In this document: piece by piece, positions 33,101 through 45,621 of the stretch
Position numbering within the stretch: the first letter of the stretch is position 1
Layout: each line of letters begins with the position of its first letter
Origin: the human T2T-CHM13v2.0 reference genome, Homo sapiens
Reading direction: 5' to 3' (one strand)
Length of the DNA stretch: 64,000 nt
Assembly: GCF_009914755.1 (NCBI RefSeq)
Contig: NC_060935.1
Position numbers and translations under genes: made by a program
Notes under the pieces: generated by a model
Databases searched by the model: none
The model's input: the letters and a program-made list of their open reading frames with translations, nothing else
What the model was told of the DNA's origin: nothing

Positions 33101-36100
33101 GGACAGGGGGCGAGGCCTCTGTCTCTTAGGGGAGGGAGGGCTGCCCCTCCCCCGGCCCAAAGCAGCCCATCCCCGTCCCATTCTCATCTCCCATTCCATA
33201 TTCCCAGGCCCACCTGGCGCAGGATGAACGCCACCACGTCGGCGGACTCCCAGTAGCTGGCGTGGAAGAGGTGGGGCAGCGTGACGGTGGGAAAGGCGGT
33301 GAGCGCCTCGGGGCAGTACAGCGAGTAGTCGATCCGCTTGGTCCCCCACCAGCGCTCCAGGACTGCGCGGCCATGGCAGCGAGTCAGGATGGCCTCCTGC
33401 CCCACACCCATCTGCCTGGGCGCTGGGTGCTCTTCCCTCCCCCCTTTTCACCCAGCCTGCTCTTTGCCAAGTCCAGGCTGTGTGCTGGGGGAAAGGGTTT
33501 CTCAGCTGGGCTTCGGAGGTGGAATACGGGCCTCCCCCACCCCCAGGCTGGACTGCCTAGGCTGGCTGACTTACTCTTAACCACCTCACTGGTGGTGCTG
33601 GGGGCGGCTGGCTGGGCCGGGGGGTCAGTGGCCAACTCACTGCCCTTCCAGAAGGCACCGCTAGTAGAGGTGGGTGTTGAGGGCACCAGCATCTCCAGCT
33701 CCTCCAGAAAGAGGCTGGAGTGCGTCTGCAGAGTGTCGGCTGGGGGAAGGAGGGCAAGGTCAGCAGGGGCCGGCCAGGTGGCTCTCCTGTCTTCTCACCC
33801 AGGGCTCCCCGCACCTCTGCCATCTTCCTGTGGCCCCTCTGGTCAGGTCCTGGCTGAGGCTGCACTGTGGCATTCTCTCCTCTCAGCCCAGTGGCCAGCT
33901 GCACTCCTGCCAGAATGCCTGTTGCCACCGCCCCAAACGCTGCACACCTGTGCCCAACACAGGCCCGCTTGGCCCATACATACCTGGGCATGCCCCGCAA
34001 TAAATGTCTGCAGCACACCCCACACAGATGCAGCAGCGCACACATGCTGGCTGCTTGTATGGCAGCACACCAGCATCATGCTGCCAGGGGGCACCCTCTC
34101 TAGCTTGGCTAACCACCCCCACCCAACTTCTAGGCCCAGGAGGTCAGAGGGTCCTGGGGATCCAGACCCCCCCAGGGGGAAGGAGCGCCTGGTCCTGGGA
34201 GTGGTGGCCTGAGAGGTTTTCCATCGTCTGGGAGCCTCCTCATGTCTTCTGCTACCTCCTCCCTTCCTGTGTGTGCCCTCCTCCTTCTCCCCTTTATCTT
34301 GTTTGGGGGCGTACCCAGCAGCAGGGATGAGCCATCTCCCAGGGGGAACTTCTGGTAGCGGGGCACGGTCAGTGGGGCGATGGCCTGGAACTTCGGGGCC
34401 AGCAGGGGCTCGAGGCGTGAGGCGCAGGGGTCGGCCGCGTGGAAGAGGTTGTAGATCTGTTCACAGGCTGGGCGCATCTGGGCTGCTGGTACCCAGAAGA
34501 CAGAGAAAGATTGTGGGGTCAGGGTTTCAGCTGGGCACTCTGGGAGGTAGGGGGTGTGGGAGCAGCACCCTGATGTCTGGTGTGACCCCGAGCCAGCACT
34601 TCCCAAACTGCACTCCCTGGGAAGTCAGTAGGGCCCTGCTTAAAGTGAGACAGGGGCTGGGCACCGTGGCTCATGCCTGGAATCCCAGTACTGCGGGAGG
34701 CAGAAGCAGATGGATCACTTGAGGTCAGGAGTTCGAGACCAGTCTGGCCAACATGGTGAAACCCCGTCTCCATTAAAAATACAAAAATTAGCTGGGTTCA
34801 GTGGCTCATTCCTGGAATCCCAGCACTGTGGGAGGCAGAGGTGGGTGGATTACCTGAGGTCAGGAGTTCGAGACCAGCCTGGCCAACATGGCAAAACCCT
34901 GTCTCTACTAAAAAAAATACAAAAATTAGCTGGGCATGGTGGCAGGTGCCTGTAATCCCAGTTACTTGGGATGCTGAGGTAGGAGAATCACTTGAACCCA
35001 GGAGGTTGCAGTGAGCAAGATCAGGCCACTGACACTCTAGTCTGGGTGACAGAGCGAGACTCTGTCTCAAAAAAAAAAAAAAAGGCTGAGAAGAGGGCAG
35101 CGGCTTCGATTTGCTGCTGTGGTGTCTGATTGACCCCTTCTAGTGCAGAACATCCCACGGGTGTGAAGCTCCTCCCAGTGGCTTTGGGAGACTCACCCTT
35201 GGCGAGTCCCTTCTTTCTGGGCCTCAGGTTCCCCTTCTGTAGCCAGGCCTTTGAATTAGTACAGTGGGGAAGTTGCTCATGCCTCGGATGAGAGGGAAGG
35301 CCAGAGGAGGTGGGGAAGGAAGGGGCAGACAGAGACTAGAGGCGCCCCCGCAGCCCCTAGGACTCACCCTCCAGGGCGGGCATCACAGTTTTGCGCAGAG
35401 CCAGCACCAGGCCCAGTGGGGAGCCGAAGAGGAAGAAGCCAGAGACCTTGAAGTCAAGGCGGGCAGTGCTGCTGGGGCCGTCAGGTGCCTCGGAACTGGC
35501 AGCGGGTGGGCAGAAGGCCGTGCTTGCCCGCCGGGGCTCCCAGGAGGAGGTGGTTGCGGGGGCTGCCTGAAGGCTGTGGGGGAGGAGGGGTGCTCAGTGC
35601 TGCTGCCTCTGTAGTCCATCATGTGCCCAGGGTAGGGGTGATGGGGCAGGGACGTCACCTGTTCTGAGAGCCCTCGGGCTCAGGACTGGCCATGTCGCTG
35701 GGGATGCGCTGGGGAGGCAAGGCCGAGGGTTCTGGGCTGCCCCGACCCAGGCCTTCCACACCATCTGCCAGGGGGTCCCGCACTGGGCCAAACTCCGGAG
35801 AGAGCAGCTCATTGTTCTGGATGGAACAGGAGACAGAAACATTCTTAGGCCTGGGGACCATTCGAATTCTACTTACTTAGAAGTGAGGAGCGAGGCTTGG
35901 GGGTTGGGCAGAGCAGAATTCCAGAGAAGACATGAACTGGCAGGGCAGCAGGGGGCCTGCCTGCTGGCAGAGGGGTGGCATTCCAGGGGGCAGAGACCTA
36001 GAGCCAGAGAGGGCCTTTCCGCTCCTGAGGAGGCCGGGTTTGGCTATACTGACCATGCTCCCACGGCGGCTGCTGCCCCGACTCCCGGTGCCCGCGTTAG

Positions 36101-39100
36101 CACTGTGGCAGAGTGCATCAAAGCCCAGGATGCCACCAACACCATCTCCAATCAGTGCGACCTGGGTGGGAGCAGGGGCACCATCAGGAGAGGCCTTGTC
36201 CTCACCCAGGCCAGACTACAGTGGGGGCTGCAGTGGAGGGCAGCAGATGGACTGTCCCTAACCGCTGACCTGCCCACAGAAGCCGGCACCCTCAGGTGAG
36301 CGCAGGAAGGCTGAGTAGGCCTGGTTGGTGCGGGCAATGACGGTGGCCACGGCGCCCTGGTAGCGGGAGGATGAGGTGGCCAGCAGTGGCAGGGCAGCCA
36401 GTGGAATGTGGTCTTGGGAGCGAGACAGGCTGTCCCCATCGTGGCTGTAAGGGCTCAGGCTGTAGGAGGGGGAAATGTGCGTGGGTGAGGGGCTTCCAGA
36501 CCCACTCCTGCCATCCAAGTCCCCTGGGCCTGCTGGCAGGCCCTGGCTCTGTGGGTCCTCTGTGGGGAGCGTTAGCCCCAAGAGGCAACTGAAATGGAGC
36601 CATTCTCCAGAACAGGTCCAGCCATGCCAGTGACCGACCCAGGTGTCTGGCTTCCTGACCCCTTCCCCGCTCCCTGCCCCGCTCCCTGGCCTGATCCTAC
36701 GAGTTCCCTGCCCTTCCACCCGTGGCTAGTACTTGGAGACAAGGGCATAGGCGGCGGCGCAGATGGGTGGACAGGGCACCAGTCGCAGCGCCACGTGGCC
36801 CAAGGCCTCAGGGAAGTGGATGCGGGTGACGGCCTCGAAGGCGGAGCTCAGCGTCTGCACATCCGCCTGCTTGGAGTTGGCGTCTCCAGGGCCTGAGTCC
36901 AGGATGTTGCCGCTGTGCAGGATAAGGAAGAGGGCGTGGACTGCGCATGCCTCAGCCCCCAGCTCCCCGGCTCCATCCAGGCCCTGGGGGGAACAATGGG
37001 GTGCAGTGGGTGTCACAGCAGTGGCCGGGCCAGTGAGTAGGGGGAGCTTTGACATGGGGTGGCTGACCATACTCGCCTCTGAGTCCCTGGGTGCTTGGGC
37101 CCCATCCTCAATGCCTTTAGCTGCCTCGGCTCCAGGCTCTGCAGGGCAACGAAGCCAGTGAGAGGGACGGAGAGGACCACTGGGATCCCCTCATCTGGCA
37201 CTTCAGGCACCCCAGTTCTGGCATCTGCCTGAGGCCCCCAGTCCCTACCTTCCTCCAAACTTCTCCTCCCACCAACTCTCCCAGGTCAGTTTGTATTTCC
37301 AGGCCTTTGCTCCTACTGGTCTTATTGCAGTCAGGGCTGCCTCTCCACACAATGCCTGTTTGCCTGGCAAACTTCTCTAACCCTGCCCTGTCCAATGTGG
37401 TGGCCATTAGCTACAAGTGGCCATTTAAATTTAAATGAATTAAAATATAATACATAAAAACCTCAGTTCCTCAGTCACACTAACCCCATTTTCAGTGCCT
37501 GGGAGCCAGTGTGGCTGGTGGTTATTGCCTTGGGCAGCATGGACCTAGAAGTTCTGCTGGACAGTGCTGGCCCAAGTCCTCCAAAGCCAGCATAGACATC
37601 ACCTCTCAAGTGAAGCATTCAGGGAGTCCAAATTAATTCCTTCATTCTTAGTGCTATGTCTGAATCATGACTACATTCTAATCATCCATCCATCCACCCA
37701 TCCATCCATCCATCCATCCATCCACCTACCCACCCGCCCACCCATCCATCCATCCACCCATTCATCCATCTACCCACCCACCCACCCACCCACCCATCCA
37801 TCCACCCACCCAACCATTCATCCATCCATCCATCTACCCACCCACCCAACCATCCATCCATCCATCCATCCACCTACCCACCCACCCACCCATCCATCCA
37901 TCCATCCAACCATTCATCCATCCATCCATCTAGCCACCCAACCACCCAACCATCAACCCACCCACCCACCCACCCATCCATCCGCCCACCCACCCAACCA
38001 TTCATCCATCCATCCATCCATCTACCCACCCACCCACCCACCCATCCACCCACCCATCCAACCATCCAACCATCCATCCATCCATCCATCCATCCATCCA
38101 TCCATCCATCCACCTACCCACCCACCCACCCACCCATCTATCCATCCAACCATCCATCCATCCATCCATCTAGCCACCCATCCATCTACCCACCCACCCA
38201 CCCATCTACCCACCCACCCACCCACCTACCCACCCATCCATCCATCCAACCATCCATCCATCCATCCATCCACCATTCATTATTCGTCTATGTATTTAAT
38301 GAGCACCTCTTCAGATTGCCTCTCATCTTAAGATGCCATTAAACTCATGACCTGCTGTACACGGGTGCTGGGGGCCGGTGTCCTAGGCGGTATCTTTACC
38401 TGGCGTTCCCTCTGCCTCCACTGGGGAGGCAAAGGCATCAATGAAGTCATTGGAGTTCCACTTGGTCATCTCCTTGGGGAAGACCTCCTCACTGTCCGAG
38501 AAGCCTTCTGAGGGGACAGGGGGCTGTGTCATGGGGTGGGAGGAGCTGCTCGGGGACATCCCCACTCCCAAAAAGGGCCTCAGTGCTGACCGTGGGCATC
38601 AAAGAACTCTTCCTCGGAGCTGTTCTCAGAGTCTCGGGCAATGTTCTGCATGCGCCACTCAGACAAGCTCTGGGGAGACACAGCCCCTGCCGGGCCAGCT
38701 CAGCCTCAGCCTCAGCCCAGGAGCCCAGCCTGGGGAGGGCCGTTCCTCCCATCCCTGTGCCCCAGCCTCACCTCCATGTTGGGATGAGTAGGAGGAACGG
38801 GAGGATGAGGACCACTGCTTCCCAAAGCTGGCATCGGGGGAGGCATCTGGGCCTGGGGGGGCCTCAGGCCCATCGGGGGTGCCAGTGTTGCTGGCCGCAG
38901 ACCGGGCCTCGGTGCTCGGTTTCCCGGGGGGCTGGGCCTCGGACCCCTCACTGCCTGTGTTGCACTTGGCCATGCGCTGGGCCAGCATGCGAGCAGTCTC
39001 CTCTTCCAGTGCCCGGATGTCAGCCATGCTCAGCTCTGTCCACTCATCCTGCCAGCACCAGGCCTGGCGGTGGGCCCGCAGCATCACCCGACGCAGACCT

Positions 39101-42100
39101 GCAGGTGCCCAGGCGTCAGAACTGCCCCCTCCCCCTGCTTCCCTGCCACCGCAGCTACATGCCCAGCCTTGAGGTTGGATAATGGCTCCCCTGGGGACAC
39201 CACCCACCCAGAGCCACAAAGTAGGGCAGGGCCAGTGCAGTCCAGGAATGGGAGTGGAAAGTGGGGCATTTGTCTTCCTGCCTGACTCCCCCCCGCCCAC
39301 TGCCTTTCCTGTCTCTCTGCACACCCTAACTCTCAGCACTGTCCCCACCCCATCACTCCAGAAGCAGGGACCAATGCTTGTTCTTGCTTTTGGCTGGCTT
39401 CCTGCTGACTTCTGAGGAATTAACAGTTAATTAAGGGTTTAACAGTTAATGAAATTGTTGATGGTTAATGAAGGTGTTAACAGTTAATGGAAGTGTTGGC
39501 ACTCAATGAAGGTTGTAGCGAAAGATGATACCCATTCTGGGATATTTTTATCTTAAGCAGAAGAAAAAGTTAGAAACTCTTAAATGTCTAGGAAATAAAG
39601 TAATGATGGTTGAATGATAATTATAAACTTCTGCGAGGAGATATATTGGAATCTTAGTAGTGGCTATATTTTTCTTATTTGTGCTTTTTGGCATTTTTCC
39701 AAATGCAAGACAAGGCGTCCTCATTATTCTCTAAGCTGAATTTCCTCACCTGTAAAATGGGAATAATCATCGTCATTACCTGGTGGGGTGTTGTGGGTGT
39801 TAAGGGAGATCTTGCACAAAAAGTAATTAGCCATGGGTCTGTGTGTCGCAATCACTGTCAGTATTAGCTCTTCATATCTGACTCAACCTCTTCCTCATTT
39901 ACTGAAGAGAAATTTAAAGTGCAGAGATGGCCAGTGCCTTGCTGGAGGTACCATGGGGTGGGGGTCAGTAGTGGGACAGAAGCCAGGCCGCTGGTCTCTC
40001 CAACTAGGGACCATCCCTCTGTGTGCAGATGACCTGGGCACTGAGGCAGGGCTGAATTGTAGGCGTGGTGGGGTCAGGTTGAGGGGAGGTGTGGGACTGG
40101 GGCTCCTGAACACCAGGGCCAAAGGCTGGAACACTAGAAACTGGGAGTGGAGGTGGGGAATCCCAGAGAGAATGACATCAGAGTCACAGCCTCAGCCTGC
40201 ACTCCTTAGCATGCTGCCAGTTAGAGCCGGTGACCTTCCTGAGTGTCTCTAAGTCTCATCTAACTCATAGGATGATGGAGAATCTTAGAATCTTAATGGA
40301 AGCAGCAGCATTTCTGAATGTCAGAGCCAGTATGGACCTTGTAGATCATGTTACCAGCTTCCTGCTCTGTGGATGCCTGGCTAGGCTGTGCGGCCGCTTC
40401 TGCCCTAGTGCTCCCCACCTCAAATGGAAACGATGGCTTTCTGCTTCTGTGTCCCCAGTGGATGGGAGCATCCCTGGCCCTAAACATGGGGTCTGGGGCA
40501 TGCTGGGTAAGTGGGACCTCCCGCAGCTGGGTGCTCACCTACATCATGGATGAACTGCTCGATCTTGGCTTGCATGCCCCAGTAGCGGAACTCAACCTTG
40601 CACAGCTTATAGGCACACATAAGGGGCCCCGTCTGTGCCGCCGTCCGTGCCCAGTCATCAGACAGTGGCCCTCGGCCCGTCTTGACCGAGTGATAAAGCC
40701 GGGGGTCCTCTTCTGCTTTGTACTCGCCTGGGGCCACTGCATCCCGCACGATGTCGATGGTGTCTGAGGGAGTTCGGCAAGCATTGAGCAGCGCCAGCCC
40801 CTTTGAGCCCCCGCTCCTGGCACCCTCTTGGGACTGGATGACAGTTCCCGTCCTTTTGCAGACAGGACATGAGGCCTGGAGAGGGCTGGGACTTCTCAGA
40901 GGCTGCCCACTGAGGCAGCCAGGAGCCTGAGAGGGGCGCCAGGGTCCCCCCATAGCTCCAGGCCTCACCCAGGATGCGCTGTCTCCTCTCGGCCCCGCTC
41001 AGGTTGAAGACGTTTGGCTGCTGCCCCCCATCAGGCAGGTAATAGGTCTCAATTTCAATGGAGAATTTCTCCACGAAAGGGCAGGTGTACCTGGGCAGAA
41101 GGCACGGGTGAGGCTCACTGCTGTACCCACCAGGGCCGCTCCCCTCCTGGCCTCGGACCATGCCCAGCTCACCCACTCACCGGGTTCGGGTGTAGGGGTA
41201 GGCATTCCAGGATTCCTCTTCTACCTGCAGGGCAGCCTTGGGCAGCAGTGCCCGGAACCAGCCTGGGATGTGGGAGCCCACGTGGTACACCTTGTGTGTG
41301 TATTGCCCGCTGCCCCCGGGCCCATCCGTGTAGGGCCGGTTGGCCAGGATCTCCACGCCGCTGCCCTCACCACTAGACTCCTCCCGGCTCTTTTTCTGTG
41401 GCCCAAGGGAGAGCAGGACAGGGAGCTCAGCCCCAGCTTAGCATCTGGGATCCCCAGCTCAGCCTGGTGTTCTACACAGCTCTGGGGCCCTGGTCCCAGC
41501 CTTTTCAACTCCCTGAAACCAGACCCCGCCCCACCAAAGCTCCCTGGGATCAGAATCACAGATGCAGCCCAGCCCCGCATGGGGTCTGCAACCCAGCACT
41601 CAGTTGAGTCATTCAAGTATTCATTGAGTGTCTGCTCCACTCCAGGCAGTGTTTGGGATTATATCAATTGAGATATATTGATGAATAGAACAAAGATCCC
41701 TGCCCTCGTGGAACTTACATTCTAGTGGAAGGAGACAGACAAAAGGAAAAAGCAAATTATGTGGTGTGTTAGAAGGCGCTAGGTGCTATAGGAAAAGAAA
41801 GCCTAGAGTAGGGTATAGGTGATGAGGGTTGGGGGCTGCAGTTTTGATCTGATAGTCAGGGAAGGCCTTGCTAATAACACAATGTGACCATGGCTTGAAC
41901 ATGACTTTAAGGAGGTGAGGTAGGAGGAGGTGCTCAAGGCCGGGGGAAGCCAGTGCAGCCCCAAGGTGGGAGCATACTGGATGTGCTGGCAGGTGGCAAG
42001 GAGGCCGGGGTGGCTGGCAAGGAAGAAGGGACTAGGAGAGGAAAAGGGGCCTCCAGCTCTCAGAGGCCCTGACCCTGGCCCCCTCCCTCTCTGGGAGGCC

Positions 42101-42857
42101 CTGGCCGCCTCCCAATCCCAGCTCCGCCACACCCCTCAGAGCTTGAGAGCCCCCAGATCCTGCCTTCTATTGCTCCGGGGCTCAGATGGCCCTTTCAAGC
42201 CCGAGGCGGGGTCCGGGCCCTCTTGCTTTATGAGATTCTGGTCCTGCTGTGCTGGGGACAGATCTGGAGCAGACTCCCCCAGGCCCCGCACCAACCCGGC
42301 CACTGCTGAGGGCCTGCCCTGGCCCACTCTTCTCACTGCCCTACACCAGAGCCTCCTCGCCCTCCCATCCTTGCTGCCCTGTCCCTGCTCCAGGTTTGAC
42401 ACCTGGTCCTCACCACATCTCCCTGACCTCCAGGGATGGCCAGGACCCTCCACTTCTCCAGACCCCCTCCCGCCTTCCTCTGCCGCGGAGGCCCCCCTCC
42501 TCATTCTTGCCGCCTCCTGGGCGCTTTTTCCTTCCCCGATGGGATTACAGATCCTGAGGAGGATTACAGGAGATCAGAGGAGGGCTGGGCACTTAGCGGA
42601 TGGGAAGCACCACTCGGCCCTCCTGCCCCTCTTCCCACAGTCCTTCCCCATTCCCACATCTGAAGGGGGGCCTCTCTTGCCTCCTCCGGGCTCCCAGCCG
42701 GTCCCAGCCCCGGGGCAGGGCTGGCGGGGTCGGCAGGGCTCCACCCCTTGCCCGGGTGCCCTCTCCCCGCCGCCCTCACCTGGATCATGTAGAGCTGGGC
42801 CACCTGGTACTCGTCCAGGCTCATGGGCAGCAGAATGTGGTATTCCTTGATGAGCAT
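30160..42857 (-). CDS. PITPNM1: Membrane-associated phosphatidylinositol transfer protein 1 (Nir2/RdgB-alpha), 23 coding exons, 1244 aa
   Basis: Exons 42857-42780, 41395-41181, 41090-40969, 40763-40539, 39098-38772, 38686-38591, 38507-38400, 37138-37077, 36983-36733, 36459-36270, 36161-36054, 35816-35659, 35573-35368, 34485-34315, 33739-33575, 33362-33214, 33093-32983, 32487-32371, 32197-32049, 31964-31815, 31720-31537, 31189-31061 and 30423-30160 sum to 3735 nt. Contains the PITP domain ([13 protein letters not shown]), FFAT motif EEEFFDAHE, and DDHD and LNS2 regions. Confidence 0.97.
34655..35082 (+). mobile_element. Alu (extra left arm plus a full element) in a PITPNM1 intron
   Basis: Alu consensus with an A tail. 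Confidence 0.88.
37683..38275. repeat. (CCAT/CCAC)n compound microsatellite, about 590 bp
   Basis: Read directly; internal blocks recur with a 240-bp offset. Confidence 0.97.
39421..39515. repeat. 19-bp degenerate minisatellite, 5 copies
   Basis: Units taacagttaattaagggtt / taacagttaatgaaattgt / tgatggttaatgaaggtgt / taacagttaatggaagtgt / tggcactcaatgaaggttg. Confidence 0.8.
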
Positions 42858-44200
42858 CCTGAAGGCGCTCGGCGGGCCGCGCGCGGCCTCCGCTCCTCCT
42901 GGCGCAGGGCACGGCGCGACAGTCAGTGCGGGGAGGCTGCGCGCGGCCCCGAGCCCTGCGCGCCGGCCGAGGGACTCAGGCCACGGGACCCCATGTCCGG
43001 GCCCGCCACGAGGGAGGCAGAGGCGAGCCTAGCACCGCCGCCCGCGCCGCCGGGGCCGGGAGCCGCAGCGAGGCTGAGCGCTGACCTCTTTTCCGCGCAG
43101 CCCCCGCCCCCCGCCCGCCCGTCGCCATGGCAACCGCGCGCTGACGCGGGCCCCCCGGAGCGCCAGGCTCCGGCCGGCGGGCGGGAGGGCCACCTCACCT
43201 CTCCCGCTGCGACCGCGTCCTAACCCCGGGAAACGGCATCCCTCTGGGCGCGCCCCCGAAGCCCCGGGGCCCCTCCTTCCGGGCCCGCCTTCCGCGACCG
43301 GCCCCTCGGGGACCCGCCCCTTGCATCCCCTTCCCGGAGTCGGCGGGGTCCCAAGTCCCCCACTCTCGGACGTCCACCTAGAGCTTTGTTCCCCGAGTGT
43401 CTCTGCGCGGAGTGGCCCAGTGCGCCCAGCATCTCTGCCAGGGTTCCCCACGCCCTGCACCCGAACCTACCTTCCGGGACCGGTAATCTCCTCCGCCCTC
43501 CAGATCTGCCTTCTTGGGCAGCCGGGTCCTCGACCTCCCCCTCCCAGCATCCTTCCTGGACCCCTGGCCCTCGCCGGCTCTCCACGCGCCTAGGCAGCCA
43601 CTCCGTCCTCTTCCCAGGGGGTGAGCCCTCCTCAGGCTGAGGCCAGAGTGGCTCCACTTGGTATCCCACGGGCCATGGCCCTGGAGACCCGCTCCGTCCA
43701 CCTGCGCCCCAGACTGGCACCGAGGTTCCGCTGCAGGCACCCCTCCATCCCCCACTCGCACCCCGCGAGCAAGCGAGAGGCCCCGTTGTCCCCACTTCCC
43801 TCTGCTCGCCGGCGTCCCGGTCCCCTGCCGCGCTCTTGGCCCGCCTGCCGACGCCCCGGCTCACCTCTAGCTTGAGGCGGGCGCCCCTCACCCAGCCCGG
43901 GCAGGGCCGGCCGGCCCGTGGGTCGGAGCCCGGAGCGCCCCCAGCCCCGGCCTCGGGTTCCAGCGGTGGCCGGACCCTCCCGAGGCGCAGTGCCGGCCCA
44001 TGGCCCCGACCTTCCTCTCGATCCGCCCGCCGGCGCCCCTGCAGTCCCTCCCCGACGCCCGCCGCGTCACTGCGGCCGCCCCGCCCCCTTCCTGGGCCCG
44101 GCTGGCCCTCCCCACCCCGGCGGGGTCCGGGCAGCCCCGCCTGCAGCGGAGGAGGCAGGGAGGGAGGCCCCTGCCTTCCTTCCCCCGGGCAGTGGGAAAA
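42700..44200 (-). promoter_or_regulatory. PITPNM1 CpG island with candidate non-coding first exons (donors after 43865 and 43199)
   Basis: CpG-rich, AG|GTGAG donors on the minus strand, and an acceptor at 42898 upstream of the ATG. Confidence 0.7.
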
Positions 44201-44960
44201 AGGCCATTGCCTAAATTCTGGCTCTTCCTAGTCCCTCTGTGCTGATTGGGGTCCCCAAAGACTCTTAGTTCCTATCTCCACCCTAGCCCAGCCCTCCTGT
44301 GTGCAGTCACAGGGTGGTTTGATATGGGGGGTCCCAGGCCCACTCTCCTCTTCTCACTCTCTGCAGTCCTTAGATTTGGGACCCAGGGTTGAGGAAATGC
44401 CTCCCCACCAGTCTAGCCAGAAGCTGGTGGCTCTGACATGCCTCCACCTAGGGCTGGGCTCGGCTCCAGGGCCCCAGGCCTCTATGGTCACCCAGCTACA
44501 CGCCCAGGCAGAAACGGGCTGTCACTGTGAGTGGCTGGGCTAGCCCCTGCATGGTGCCACAAAGCCTCCCCCACCTCTGCCTTCCGGGTCCACAAGTCCG
44601 GTCACCCAGCCACCCGGAGTCTGGGCAAAGGCCTCACGAGGCACCCCAAGGCTGGGTTCATGGGATCCCACCCAGCCTGCTACAAGGTGCTGGGGCAGTG
44701 ACGGCAGCACCCCGCCAGCCCCTCCCCTTGACACTGAGGCCAAGTGCTGGAAGCAGCAGTGCCCTTTCTCTCTGAGAAGTCAGAGACCTTCAGGGCTGAT
44801 TCAGAGGCTGGGGTGTTGTCAGGGCATTAGGGCGTGTGAGGGAGTGGCTTACGTGAACTGGCATTTCCATGCTGCCAGGCATCACCGCCAATCCAGAGGA
44901 AGCGCCCTCCAGGCCCAGGCTGCCCACAGCGCCAAGGGCTGTGGAAGCAGCCAGGCCCTG

Positions 44961-44977
44961 TGCTGCCCCCTGGTGGC
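44961..44977 (-). promoter_or_regulatory. CTCF consensus site
   Basis: GCCACCAGGGGGCAGCA on the minus strand. Confidence 0.7.
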
Positions 44978-45197
44978 ACCACAGGAAGGCCCAGGGCTCT
45001 CAGCGCCACGGCTGGGGCGGAGAGGGCCCAGGTCCCACCAGAGGCTGATGGCCTACAGAGGCAAGTCAAACCTCATTTAATCACACCCTCCCCATCCATA
45101 GTCTCCTCTTCCCCTGTCTCTGCCTGGCCCACCCAGGCTTAGCTGAAGAACCAGACCCAGAAAGGCTCAGAGCTGAGAGCACAACTCCAAATCATCT

Positions 45198-45203
45198 TTT
45201 ATT
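45198..45203 (-). terminator. CDK2AP2 polyadenylation signal AATAAA
   Basis: TTTATT on the + strand about 420 nt after the stop codon. Confidence 0.7.
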
Positions 45204-45621
45204 AATATAAAAAGGGCATATTTAGCAAAAGACACACAGATAAAAGAGTCACTATGGCTCAGGACACAAGGCAGGGAGGTGCCAGGCCTGTGCCCCTGCT
45301 GGGGGAGAAGGAGGCTCGGGACAAAGTGGGAGAAGTGCTGGGAAGGGCTGAGCGGTAGGGGCCACAAAAGTTCCGGTGGGCAACACTGTCGGCAGGTCAT
45401 GGGTGGGACTCATGGGGACCTCGCTGCTAACTCTTGTTGTGGGGGGGTGTCCTTAGTGCTGCCACCTGGAGGGCCACTCCTTGGTTCCTGGAGGGGACCC
45501 ACCAAGGGACACAGGACAGGAAGCCCAGGATGGTTAGTGCAACTCGGGATGAAGGCCAGGGAGAAGCGGGTGCTCTGCAGTGGCCGGATAGGTCCAGACG
45601 CTGAGGCCGAGGCGCTTCCTG

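Noticed and set aside
32282-34212. 389-aa and 316-aa ORFs
   Set aside because: They are off-frame or antisense read-through of GC-rich PITPNM1 exons and introns.
37564-38331. 255-aa His/Pro-rich ORF and the MDGW-repeat antisense ORFs
   Set aside because: These are translations of the (CCAY)n microsatellite, which lacks stop codons by composition.
41930-44245. Many long Pro/Gly/Arg-rich ORFs
   Set aside because: Stop codons are expected to be scarce in a CpG island, and none has a recognisable domain.
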